DNA of 64,000 nucleotides from Dendrobates tinctorius (Eukaryota). The position numbers and the translations under genes were made by a program. Below the pieces are notes generated by a model. The model was not told where the DNA came from, searched no databases, and saw only the letters and a program-made list of their open reading frames with translations. Position 1 is the stretch's first letter; every line of letters starts with the position of its first letter. Shown here piece by piece: positions 53,038 through 64,000 of this stretch. Location: the NCBI RefSeq assembly GCF_039654945.1, contig NW_027361841.1, positions 5,580,001-5,644,000 of the forward strand, read 5' to 3'.

Positions 53038-54600
53038 TGTAAAATAAACATTTCAGCAACTGGAAACTGGGACACTACTTATTACTAACAGATAAGACAT
53101 GAGGCTGTGTAGTCAAAATGTCCGAGATCAAAAGCCAAGAGACGAAAACATAGACAGAGGGGTGAGACAATCTGTAGTCAGGAAACATTCTGAGGTCAGA
53201 ATTCCAAGAAGGTAGCAGATCACAACAAAAAGGGCTAGGCAAACGGATGATCAAACAAAATTCAAGGTTGAGCAGCAAAGATCAGAATACCAGACAAGGA
53301 GCACAGAACAAGCACATACCTCATGAGCAAAGCAGCAATTGGAAGCAATCAAAGGCAGAAAGCTGGTTAAATATCTAGGTAATTACTCTAAGCAAGAGAC
53401 ATGTAAATAAAACCTAGGCACACCCTGGTCCTGATTGGATGGCTAAACTGTCACTCCAGATGCTGACAGCTCATCACGCTACAGTATTTGATTGGATGGC
53501 TGAGCTGTCCATCACCATACTGAAAGCCCAGCACTCTCCATTCCTAGATTGGATGGCAGTACTGTTATTCACTGTGCCCAAACACTCTGAAGAGTAATCT
53601 TGACAGTACCCCCTGTTCTAGGGTGGCCAACAGTTCCCAAAATTTCCTTTGAAACCTATGATGGAAGGCCTTGTTCAGGCTTCATGGAATGAGCAGGGAC
53701 TGAGGATCTCTCTTCAAGTCTATCTCCTCCAAGGAACAAAATATTGAAGGGAATATTAGACTCTCCAAGAATTGAAATTCTTCGCACCTCATACTCTAAC
53801 CCTCCATCAATAGAAACTGGAGGCAGAGACAAGAGAGACAATACAAAAGTGGGAAATTTCACACTTGTGAAAAATGTTCAGAATATGAAGTCAGGTGGAA
53901 GCTTTAATCAATAGTAAAGGCAACTGGGTTGATTGCCTCCAGTATTTCATACAGGTCAATAAATGTATCACTCAATTTTGCTGAAGGTACCTTCTGCTTA
54001 ATATTTTTTGAAGATAGCCACACTTTATCACCAATCCTGAAGATAGGACCTGCCAAATGTTTTCTACCGGCCTTCTATTTTTCGCGATGCTGAGCCATCT
54101 CAATATTCTTTGGACTTCCCTCCAGACATCTCCAAGTTTTTGTATGGCAAACTCTGCTCCAGGACACACAGAACGCTGCTGGGCTGAAGCAAAACACCTT
54201 TAAATTTGTTCAAGTAAGTGGTTTGTACTTTGTGTCTGACCGTTGGTTTCAGGGCAGCAAGCAGATGAAAATGACAAAGCAAACCTCAATTTCCTACAAA
54301 AATCTCTTCATAATTTGGACACAAATTGCACTCCCTATCAAATACAATGTGCAGAGAGTTTCTGTTCAATCTCACTACATTATTGATAAATAACCTGGAA
54401 AGTGTTTCAGCAATCCTGATAATGGAACAAAATTAGCCTGTTTACTGAATGGGTCAACTACCAACAAAATAAAAGTTTTCCTTTTAGGCAAAAGCAAACC
54501 TACGATGAAACCCATGGATACATGAGTCTATGGTCAAACTTTAGTGCATCCGTAAACTTCACAAGCGGATGCAAAATCCTGAATGTCATAAATCATACAT
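53038..54600 (-). mobile_element. Decayed Gypsy (chromovirus-like) 3' part: integrase/chromodomain remnants plus LTR (~53038-53605)
   Basis: DGGLEYEVRRI chromodomain start; PPT-like 'agggggtac|tgtca' on the - strand; integrase remnants; heavily mutated. Confidence 0.6.
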
Positions 54601-54635
54601 GTCCACCAAAGGAATTTAGTTTTCTGTGTAGCTGT

Positions 54636-55385
54636 TGTAGGGAAGGTGACCTGACGGACGGACGGACTTGTTAGAATAGAGAAAGGAAGGTTTGCACAGT
54701 TTAGACAGGTGTCAGCACAGTGGGGAAACAGCTAGGAAAGTGTAGTGGACGTTCAGTACTTTGGGTTGACCATTAGAGGGCAGGGAGGAGTGTGAGCATA
54801 GGACTTAACATCAGCTTAGGGCTTAAGAAACCGTTGGTCATGGGGGTGGAGTTAGAGGGAGCTGGGAAAGATATAAATTTGACAGGAGGGTTCCAGAAAG
54901 TTCCAGTCCCCAGGGGGAGCTCAAGTGACGAGGAGACTGTGACAGTTGCCGCACTGTGAGGAAAACCCAACCAGGGGGACTGAGGGGAAAGGAAGTCAGG
55001 GGGTGGTCCTGACACAAAGTACCGCAGACAGACGAGGCCCCGGGGAAACACATACCAAGTTGAAGACGATACCTGACCAGAAAAATTACTGTTGATGTAC
55101 AGGCCTAAGGCGGCCACAGTGACCGAGCTGACAGGAACGACATTAAGCAGAAAGGGATGGTACGTGTATTTACGTCCCTGGTGATAAGTACGGTGTGTGT
55201 GTGACGAGGCCTGGACACGGAGGGCCGTGAAGAGAATTGGCGGTGTATTGTGAGGGCCGTCAGTCGGTCTGCGGGAAATAAACTTGGACCTGTTGCACCC
55301 GAAATCTTGCCTCCAGCTTGTGTCTGTACGTCTCTGTGCGGTATCCAGAGGGACCACCCCCCCAGCCTGGCCCACCGACCCCACA
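54636..55385 (+). mobile_element. 5' LTR of an LTR retroelement
   Basis: TGTAGGG...CCCCACA termini, TATAAA at 54872, AATAAA at 55277, followed by a PBS. Confidence 0.75.
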
Positions 55386-55387
55386 CA

Positions 55388-55405
55388 TGGCATAGTTGGC
55401 AGGAT
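55388..55405 (+). promoter_or_regulatory. Primer-binding site complementary to the tRNA-Ser 3' end
   Basis: tggcatagttggcaggat versus TGGCGTAGTCGGCAGGAT (complement of ...ATCCTGCCGACTACGCCA); both mismatches are CpG-decay changes. Confidence 0.85.
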
Positions 55406-55585
55406 CAACGCTGCTAATACAATATCTTCTGCGGCAGTCCTGCCTCTGAGGACTTGGACTGCACTGTGTGGATTACAAATACCTGTGGATTACAAATTAC
55501 CAACCAGTGGATTACAAATTGGGAGTGCTGTGGCATACCTCCGTTGCCAGCAGAGGATCCGGGACGGTACCAGGTTTGGAGCAAG

Positions 55586-57367
55586 ATGGCGGTGCTGCTT
55601 CAGCGCAGAGGAGAGGTCCGGGTGTTTGCAGTCGTTCTGAATCATAGAATCATAGAGTTGGAAGGGACTTCATGGGCCATCTGGTCCAACCCCCTGCTCA
55701 AAGCAGGATTCGCTAAATCATCCCAGACAGATGTCTGTCCAGCCTCTGTTTGAAGACTTCCATTGAAGAACTCACCACTTTTCATGGCAGCCTGTTCCAC
55801 TCATTGATCACTCTAACTGTCAAAAAGTTTTTTCTAATATCTAATCTGTGTCTCCTCCCATTCAGTTTCATCCCATTGCTTCTAGTCTTTCCTTGTGCAA
55901 ATGAGAATAAAGATGATCCATTTACAATGTGACAGCCCTTTAGATATTTGTAGACAGCTATTAAGCTTCCTCTCAGTCTTCTCTTTTGCAAACTAAACAT
56001 TCCCAAATCCTGCAATCTTTCCTCATAAGACAGGGTTTGCAGACCGGTCACCATTCTGGTTGCTCTTTTCTGAACTTGCTCCAGTTTGTTGATGTCTTTT
56101 TTAAAATGTGGTGCCCAAAACTGGACACAATATTCCAAATGAGGTCTGACCAAAGAAGAGTAGAGGGAATGGGCTGGGACCCCCTCCTACGTACCTCTGG
56201 TGACAGCGATATGTACCAGGAGGCTGACGCTCCCACATACTGGACCCTGACAGGTGGGTGGAAAGGCCTGCCGTCGCCCCACCCAGCAGAGGGAGTGGCA
56301 CCGAGGAAAAGATTGGCTGCGGTTGTCGAGGCATCAGCGGCCTGGAGTGGCGATGGTGGCGGGAGGTCGAGCTTCGCCAGAAGATCTATACCTCGGAGTC
56401 ACAAGCAGCCAGTCTGATCTCGGGTGGAGAAGTGGTGGAGCCATGGCAGATCCCACGGGAGCGGCCGCCAAAGTTACCAGCAGAGAGCCTCTCCGCGGAA
56501 CCTCTGAGCCTGGAGGCCAGCCCCACTGGATGGTGGAGTGAAGAGCGGAGACTGCAGGAGCAGCCGCGGAAAGATGTGACGGAGACCGCGGCGCCAGGGA
56601 AGGTGAGAGTTCCCCCGGCCCTACCAGTGGCTCCCACCACTCAGCCGCAGCACGCGGCCTCCTGTGATCCCGAAAGTCTGGCCAAGGAAGACCCCACTGT
56701 CTATGCGGAGCTGAGGGGGCCCTCCACTCCCAGTCCCGAGCCACCCCACCCGGTGATGCCACGCCCGGTGTCGCCAGTGCGGAGCCTGTTTCCAGAAGAC
56801 GCTATTGCGTCCCCCCTGCAAAGGGTGACATCCGCCCTGAAACCAGCTGTTACTCCGGTTATGCCGGCATTGGAACTGGCTGCGGCCTATTTGTCAGGCC
56901 CTGTGGCCCAACATCTGGAAGACCTGTCTGCCCCTATCTGCCACCCGGCCCCAGCGGCTGCTGGGCCGCAGACATCACCAGCCGCCTCTGCCCTGTTTTT
57001 GTCCCCGGCTAAGTCCTGCCCACTAAACTCCCGGGCTCACACCGGACCCTCCGTTAGGGTCGCAGAAGTGGTGAAAAAGAAGAAAGCCAGGGAGCAGGAA
57101 GTATGGAACCTGATTCATGCAAAGGGGGAAGCTGGCATGGCGGCGACATGATCTATGGGATGGCTCGTGTATACGAATATATCCAGGGGGTATGGGTTCA
57201 TACGCGATCTGGCTACCGGCCAGAAGGTTTATCTTAATTTGGCCTCTATTCGTCACGGCCGGGCTCTGCACGAGAGGGACTTGGTGTCACACTACAAAGG
57301 GTACTGTCCCCGCGGCTACTACGCGGTAGCTGTGATTGCTGAATCCGAAGGTCACGAGCCCCCGTAG
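55586..57367 (+). pseudogene. LTR-element ORF (~417 aa reconstructed): Pro/Ala-rich region plus C-terminal cold-shock-domain-like sequence (57155-57340); interrupted by CR1 and three TGA codons
   Basis: Single frame across the 528-bp CR1 insertion; TGA at 56201, 56225 and 57149; GWLVYTNISRGYGFIRD..GQKVYLN.ASI....L.E.D.VS...G..PRG..A.AV fits the CSD pattern (RNP1 RGYGFI, RNP2-like VYLN). Confidence 0.65.
55643..56170 (-). mobile_element. 5'-truncated CR1 LINE
   Basis: [33 protein letters not shown]...EWNRLP; (attctatg) tail; gaat duplicated at 55639-55642 and 56167-56170. Confidence 0.92.
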
Positions 57368-58021
57368 AAAGAACTCACAGGACACTCCTTACATCCCAGG
57401 AGCTCCACGGCTGTGGGGCCCCTCACTGCCGGCCACTAGGAGATGGCTTGAACTTTCGAATTTTCGTTGCACCGTTGTGAAAATCACAAGGACAGTTTGC
57501 ATCCAAGTTAATGAAAAAAAAAGTTTAATATAAAAATTGAAGTTTTTGTGTGTTAAGCCTGACAAAATCAGGGATGTAAGGAGAGAGGAAGTGTCCATGT
57601 TAAAGGAAGGGGGAGGAGAAAATCTGTTATGTTTATGTTTATTATATGCTGGTTTTAACAAGCAATAGAAAAGTTGTAAGAAAATGGGGTACTTGTGATA
57701 TTGTAAAGTTGTTTTGCTGTATAATATGCTCAAGAAAATGCAACAGGTCCAGGTAAGAGAGGGTCTGCGCGATCAAAGGGAAGTGTGAGATCCAAAGGGG
57801 TCTATGTGTTGAGAAGGTCTGGGAGACCGAGACGCCGACCATGACGTGTAACCAAAAGAAAGGCAAAGAGATGGAAGACGTGAGAAAGACAGCCGTCCTA
57901 GGTCAGGTCCCTGACACCACGGACACCCCTGAAGGAAGAAGGCGGATGCCGACAAAGATCTGGTAGGTGTAAAGCCTCGATCATGGCGTACCGGATAGTG
58001 GAAGGTGACAGAAGGGGAGAG

Positions 58022-58841
58022 TGTTATGGATGAGTCACCGAAGGAGGAAAAAAACAAAATACTAGCTAAGTCCAGAAAAAAACAGAGAGGTTGGCAGCTC
58101 TCGGATTGCAGACCCCTGAACCTATCCACAACAACTAGCAGTAGCCGTGGGGGGTTCCTACGGTGCCCTAGACCCCTCGATCACAGCCGGAGAACTACAT
58201 AGCCTAAAGACAGAAAGGGGAAAACTAAACTGCCCCAGAGCAGACCCCAAAGCAATAGGCAGCCCCCAACATATAATGACGGTGAAGCAAGATGAAAACA
58301 CTAACACAGATAGAAAGATAGGTTGAGCAAATGATGGGGCCCAAGCTAACTAAATAGGACAGAATAGGAAAGCTGCTGTCTGCCATCCGCAAAAACCCTA
58401 TCCAAAATGTGCCAACCGACTGATAGGAAAAACAGGCCCTGAAGTCGCTAGGCTTCAAAAGACTATATCAGCACTCAGGTATATTCTGAAGACAGAGCAA
58501 AAGATCAACAGATCAGAGACAAAAATGGAATTCAGCTCACCCCCGGCCGGGGATGGCAGAACTCCCAAAAAACAAGGCAAAACAAAAACAAAACTGAAGT
58601 GTACAAAGCAGAGCAGAAAAACTTAGCTTTGAGACGCAGGAATCAGACTGGTCTCCAAGAATCCAGCAGGCTCACCAGCAAGGCAGAAGGGCGTCGGCTG
58701 CCTTATATCCAGTCCTCAATTCCAGCCACCCAGTCATCATCTAGCTGCCCAGGTGTTTGGTAATCAGCCTCACTACCTTCCTTCACCAGAGGAGGGAGTT
58801 CATCAGACCTCAATGGTGAAGGGAAAAATGAACTCACAACA
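58022..58841 (-). mobile_element. 3' LTR of a chromoviral Gypsy element
   Basis: TGTT...AACA termini; purine-rich PPT 'gggggaggtac' immediately before TGTTGTGAG on the - strand. Confidence 0.65.
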
Positions 58842-58859
58842 GTACCTCCCCCATGAGGA

Positions 58860-59753
58860 GGGGTCACCGAACCCTCATCCATGCCACCAGGGCGATCCGG
58901 GTGAGCCCGATAAAAGGCACGCACCAATCTTTCGGCATGAATATCAGGCAGAGACCCAGGAATTATCCTCCTGACCATAACCCTTCCACTTAACCAAATA
59001 CTGGAGTCTCCGTCTAGCCAGACGGGAATCCAGTATCTTCTCTACCTCATATTCCATGTTACCTTCAACCAATACAGGGTCAGGAGGTGCCACCACAGGA
59101 ACTACTGGTTCAACAAACCTCTTCAACAAGGACTTATAAAACACATTATGAATTTTAAATGTGACAGGAAGAGCCAACCGAAAAAAGACCGGATTAATAA
59201 TCTCCAAAATCTTGTAAGGTCCAATAAATCTAGGCTTAAACTTAGGAGAAGCCACCTTCATAGCGATATTTTTTGATGACAACCAAACCATATCACCCAC
59301 CTTAAACTGGGGACTAATGGTCCTACGCCGGTTGGAAAACCGCTGGGCCTTTTCCTGGGAGAGAGACAACTTATCCACTACTTGGTCCCAGATCTGGTGC
59401 ATTCTCTCCACCACAGTGTCAACACCTGGGCAGGCAGAAGGCTCCACCTGCCCTGAAGAAAATCGAGGGTGAAAACCAAAGTTACAAAAAAAAGGTGACA
59501 TCAAAGTGGCAGAACTAGCTCTATTATTTAAAGCAAATTCGGCCAAGGGCAAAAATGAAACACAATCATCCTGATCGGCAGAAATAAAACATCTCAAATA
59601 CGACTCCAAAGTCTGGTTTGTTCTCTCCGTCTGCCCATTGGTCTGAGGGTGAAACGCAGAGGAGAAGGACAACTGAATTCCCAGCTTGGAACAGAAAGTC
59701 CTCCAAAATCTAGACACAAACTGAACTCCTCTGTCAGATACAATGTTCTCAGG
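58860..59753 (-). pseudogene. Gypsy (Tf2/sushi-like) integrase core and chromodomain, truncated by the hAT insertion
   Basis: [37 protein letters not shown] motif, [25 protein letters not shown]; frameshift near 58945. Confidence 0.95.
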
Positions 59754-60323
59754 TAGAGTTGAGCGAAACGGGTCGAAAAAATTCAAAAGTCGCCGACTTT
59801 TGGCAAAGTTGGGTTTCATGAAACGAAACCCGACCCTAGGATGAGGTCGGCCACGAGGTCGGCGACTTACGCGCCAAAGTCGCGTTTCAAAAGTTTGTTT
59901 TGCGCTCTTTTTCAGCCAATCAGGATCCACGGACACTGTGGGCAACGTGATGACATAGGCACGGGTCACCACCATCTTTCAGAAGGGCATGCAAGTGATT
60001 GGCTTGCTTTGGTGGGCATCACAGGGGGGTATAAAAGGGCGTGCACGCCGACCGCCATCTTACTTCTGCCGATCTTAGTATAGGGAGAGGTTGCTGCTGA
60101 TTCTGTAGGGAGAGCGTTAGGCAGGGAAGAAGACAAAAAAACTGCTTCTGCTGCTAGCGATTTGGCCTGCACAACACACCAGTCACTGTGTGTGCAGTGC
60201 AAGGGGAGGCTATATAGTGGTGTATCAGTGGTGTTGGTTGTTGGGCTGCCTTTTAAGGCTTCCTGACAGGCTGGCATTGCTGTTTACCCACTGCTCCGCA
60301 AACTGCTTTTTTAAAAGCAATCC

Positions 60324-62265
60324 AATCTCCCTTATCCTCTAGTCACTTTTGTCACAGCTGTGCCATCGAGCCTGTCACATAGCGCTCAGATATTCATTGG
60401 GCCTCACACAATCCAAAAGTGTCCAGTGTCCAAAAGTGTGTGCAGAGATTCAAAATCTCCCTTATCCTCTAGTCACTTTGGTCACAGCTGTGCCATCGAG
60501 CCTGTCACATAGCGCTCAGATATCAGTGGGCCTCACACAATCCAAAAGTGTCCACTGTCCACAAGTGTGTGCAGAAATTCAAAATCTCCCTTATCCTCTA
60601 GTCACTTTTGTCACAGCTGTGCCATCGAGCCTGTCACATAGCGCTCAGATATCAGTGGGCCTCACACAATCCAAAAGTGTCCACTGTCCACAAGTGTGTG
60701 CAGAAATTCAAAATCTCCCTTATCCTCTAGTCACTTTTGTCACAGCTGTGCCATCGAGCCTGTCACATAGCGCTCAGATATCAGTGGGCCTCACACAATC
60801 CAAAAGTGTCCACTGTAAACAAGTGTGTGCAGAAATTCAAAATCTCCCTTATCCTCTAGTCACTTTTGTCACAGCTGTGCCATCGAGCCTGTCACATAGC
60901 GCTCAGATATCAGTGGGCCTCACACAATCCAAAAGTGTCCACTGTCCACAAGTGTGTGCAGAAATTCAAAATCTCCCTTATCCTCTAGTCACTTTTGTCA
61001 CAGCAGTGCCATCGAGCCTGTCACATAGCGCTCAGATATCAGTGGGCCTCACACAATCCAAAAGTGTCCACTGTCCACAAGTGTGTAGAAATTCAAAATC
61101 TCCCTTATCCTCTAGTCACTTTTGTCACAGCTGTGCCATCGAGCCTGTCACATAGCGCTCAGATATCAGTGGGCCTCACACAATCCAAAAGTGTCCACTG
61201 TCCACAAGTGTGTGCAGAAATTCAAAATCTCCCTTATCCTCTAGTCACTTTTGTCACAGCAGTGCCATCGAGCCTGTCACATAGCGCTCAGATATCAGTG
61301 GGCCTCACACAATCCAAAAGTGTCCACTATCCACAAGTGTGTGCAGAAATTCAAAATCTCCCTTATCCTCTAGTCACTTTTGTCACAGCTGTGCCATCGA
61401 GCCTGTCACATAGCGCTCAGATATCAGTGGGCCTCACACAATCCAAAAGTGTCCACTGTCCACAAGTGTGTGCAGAAATTCAAAATCTCCCTTATCCTCT
61501 AGTCACTTTTGTCACAGCAGTGCCATCGAGCCTGTCACATAGCGCTCAGATATCAGTGGGCCTCACACAATCCAAAAGTGTCCAGTGTCCAAAAGTGTGT
61601 GCAGATATTCAAAATCTCCCTTATCCTCTAGTCACTTTTGTCACAGCAGTGCCATCGAGCCTGTCACATAGCGCTCAGATATCAGTGGGCCTCACACAAT
61701 CCAAAAGTGTCCACTGTCCACAAGTGTGTGCAGAAATTCAAAATCTCCCTTATCCTCTAGTCACTTTTGTCACAGCTGTGCCATCGAGCCTGTCACATAG
61801 CGCTCAGATATCAGTGGGCCTCACACAATCCAAAAGTGTCCAGTGTCCAAAAGTGTGTGCAGATATTCAAAATCTCCCTTATCCTCTAGTCACTTTTGTC
61901 ACAGCAGTGCCATCGAGCCTGTCACATAGCGCTCAGATATCAGTGGGCCTCACACAAGCCAAAAGTGTCCACTGTCCAAAAGTGTGTGCAGATATTCAAA
62001 ATATCCCTTATCCTCTAGTCACTTTTGTCACAGCAGTGCCATCGAGCCTGTCACATAGCGCTCAGATATCAGTGGGCCTCACACAATCCAAAAGTGTCCA
62101 GTGTCCAAAAGTGTGTGCAGATATTCAAAATCTCCCTTATCCTCTAGTCACTTTTGTCACAGCAGTGCCATCGAGCCTGTCACATAGCGCTCAGATATCA
62201 GTGGGCCTCACACAATCCAAAAGTGTCCACTGTCCACAAGTGTGTGCAGAAATTCAAAATCTCCC
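60324..62265. repeat. Tandem array, 129-bp unit x ~15, inside hAT copy 2
   Basis: 'catagcgctc' at 60378, 60508, 60637 ... 62183; one 130-bp unit and one 127-bp unit. Confidence 0.97.
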
Positions 62266-62341
62266 CTGTCCTATAGACACCTTGTACCTTGTTTTACATT
62301 ACTATATAGTTTGTTGGATTTTGTCTACATTTCTACCAAAA

Positions 62342-64000
62342 ATGAGGAAGGCTGGTGGAAGAGGCCGTGGAATTGGGCGGGGGTTGGCAGCTGGTAATGA
62401 TGGTGTTGGTGGTGGATCTGATGGTAGTGGCAAGAGCAAAATAGGACCGAATGCAGGAGGTGCTGACCCTGCGTCATCGTCTGGCTACATAAGGCCTCGA
62501 ACGCTTAGTTTTCTAGGAGTTGGCAAACCGCTTTTAAAGCCAGAGCATCAGGAAAAAGTTTTGTCTTACATTGCTGACTCAGCCTCCAGCTCTATCGCCT
62601 CCTCTTCTTCAGTTGTAAAAAGTAAAAGCACTGAGTCGTCATTGGAGGCTCATGTTCATGAACCACACCTTTCCTTGTGTCCTTCACCCCAACCAAGATT
62701 GAAGGATGACGCAGGCCATACTACTGATTACTCCATGGAGCTGTTTTCACATACCATGCCTGGATTATCAAGTCAAATGGTGAATTACCCAGGCCAAGAT
62801 GAATCTGACATGGAGTGCACTGATGCACAGCCGCTGATGGATGATTCTGCTGGTACATTCACTCAGAGCACTACATTGTCCTCGCAGTGTACAGAGCCAG
62901 ATTCTGACCCTGATGAGACTCAGGTGCCCCTTCCCGCACACTATACCACCATACACGGTGACACAGAGGAAGGTGCACATGACATAGAAGAGGAGGTGAT
63001 GGATGACCCAGTTGTTGACCCAGATTGGCATCCATTGGGGGAAGAGGGTGCTGCTTCCAATAGCTCAGATGAGGAGCATCCACAGCAGACATCGACATCG
63101 CAACAGCTGTTATCTGGCAGGCCCGGAGCACTCCAAAGACAGGTTCCAAACATCAAAAGAGTTGCTGGACAGCTTGTCCAGAGGGTCAAAAGATCACAGC
63201 GTGCTAGGCCGCAAAATGTCTGCCAAAGTAGGAAGAGTGCAGTGTGGCACTTTTTTGAACAAAATCCTCATGATCAGGCCAAGGTTATCTGTAAGAAGTG
63301 CGCAAAGACCTTTAGCTGAGGGAAAAATCTGAAAAATTTGAATACCAGTTGCATGCTTAGACATTTAACCAGCATGCACTTGCAAGCGTGGACACAACAC
63401 CAAACCTCAAGTGCCACATGTGCAACTGATCACAACGAAGGTAGTCAGCAACGCTACATTGTTTCCCCCACTGTAAGCCCACCGGTTAGCACAGCAGCAA
63501 ATGTTGAGGTGTCGTTGCAAGACCACAGCAGTCAGGGAATCCCACTGTTATATCAACGAAATACTGATTCTAGGCCATCAGAAAGAACACCAACTCCATC
63601 ACCATCATCAACCCTCTCTCAGTCCGCCCTGTCCACCGCTACTTCCACCATATGCAGCTCTCAAGTCCAGCTCACCCTCCCAGACACTATGAGTAGGTCA
63701 AGAAAGTACTCAGTCTCTCATCCGCGTACACTGGGTTTGAACGCCCACATTGCCAAACTAATCTCGTTTGAGATGATGCCCTTTCGGTTGGTGGAAAGCA
63801 CAGCTTTCCGCGAACTCATGGCCTATGCAGTACCACGCTATGACCTACCCAGTCGCCACTTCTTCTCTTGCAAAGCCATCCCAGCCCTCCACCATCATGT
63901 GAAAGACCACATTGTCCATGCACTCAAGCAGTCAGTGAGCGGAAAGGTGCACCTCACAACTGATGCATGGTCCAGTCGGCATGGCCAGGGCCGTTACGTG
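62342..64000 (+). pseudogene. hAT transposase copy 2, N-terminal half (TGA at 63317-63319 in the BED finger)
   Basis: MRKAGGRGRG... open to CKKCAKTFS*, then continues in frame to LTTDAWSSRHGQGRYV. Confidence 0.93.

Larger units (their letters stand above)
59754..64000 (+). mobile_element. hAT DNA transposon, copy 2 (runs off the window end)
   Basis: Same left TIR tagagttgagcga at 59754; ~98% identical to copy 1 by eye; predicted TSD ttctcagg (59746-59753). Confidence 0.96.

Noticed and set aside
58944-59975. 343-aa ORF as a real integrase fusion protein
   Set aside because: Its N-terminus is the antisense of the hAT left end fused by insertion at 59753/59754; the same peptide appears at 13250-13591.

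Overview
Eukaryotic, repeat-saturated DNA. The mix of V-SINE, CR1, L2, Penelope, T2/Kolobok, piggyBac-derived, Harbinger, Tc1 and chromoviral Gypsy elements suggests a vertebrate, most likely a frog (inference). No host-gene exon could be recognised. (1) An ~8.9-kb hAT DNA transposon is present complete at 13382-22308 (13-bp TIRs, 8-bp TSD) and again as a second copy from 59754 to beyond the window end. It carries a CCAAT/TATA promoter, an internal ~14-15 x 129/130-bp tandem array and a BED-finger DDE transposase. Its 3' region contains a long hairpin and an ~470-bp decayed 18S rRNA fragment, antisense to the transposase. A 311-bp fold-back MITE made of two right ends of the same family sits at 48905-49215. 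(2) An LTR element (LTR 54636-55385, tRNA-Ser PBS) has a first ORF that, after removing a CR1 insertion, encodes a Pro-rich protein ending in a cold-shock-domain-like sequence instead of a recognisable Gag. (3) A Penelope-type insertion has inverted arms carrying degenerate hammerhead-ribozyme cores. (4) There is a recent 3.9-kb tandem duplication and several deep nested-insertion stacks. All homology calls were made by eye from remembered motifs; no searches were run.
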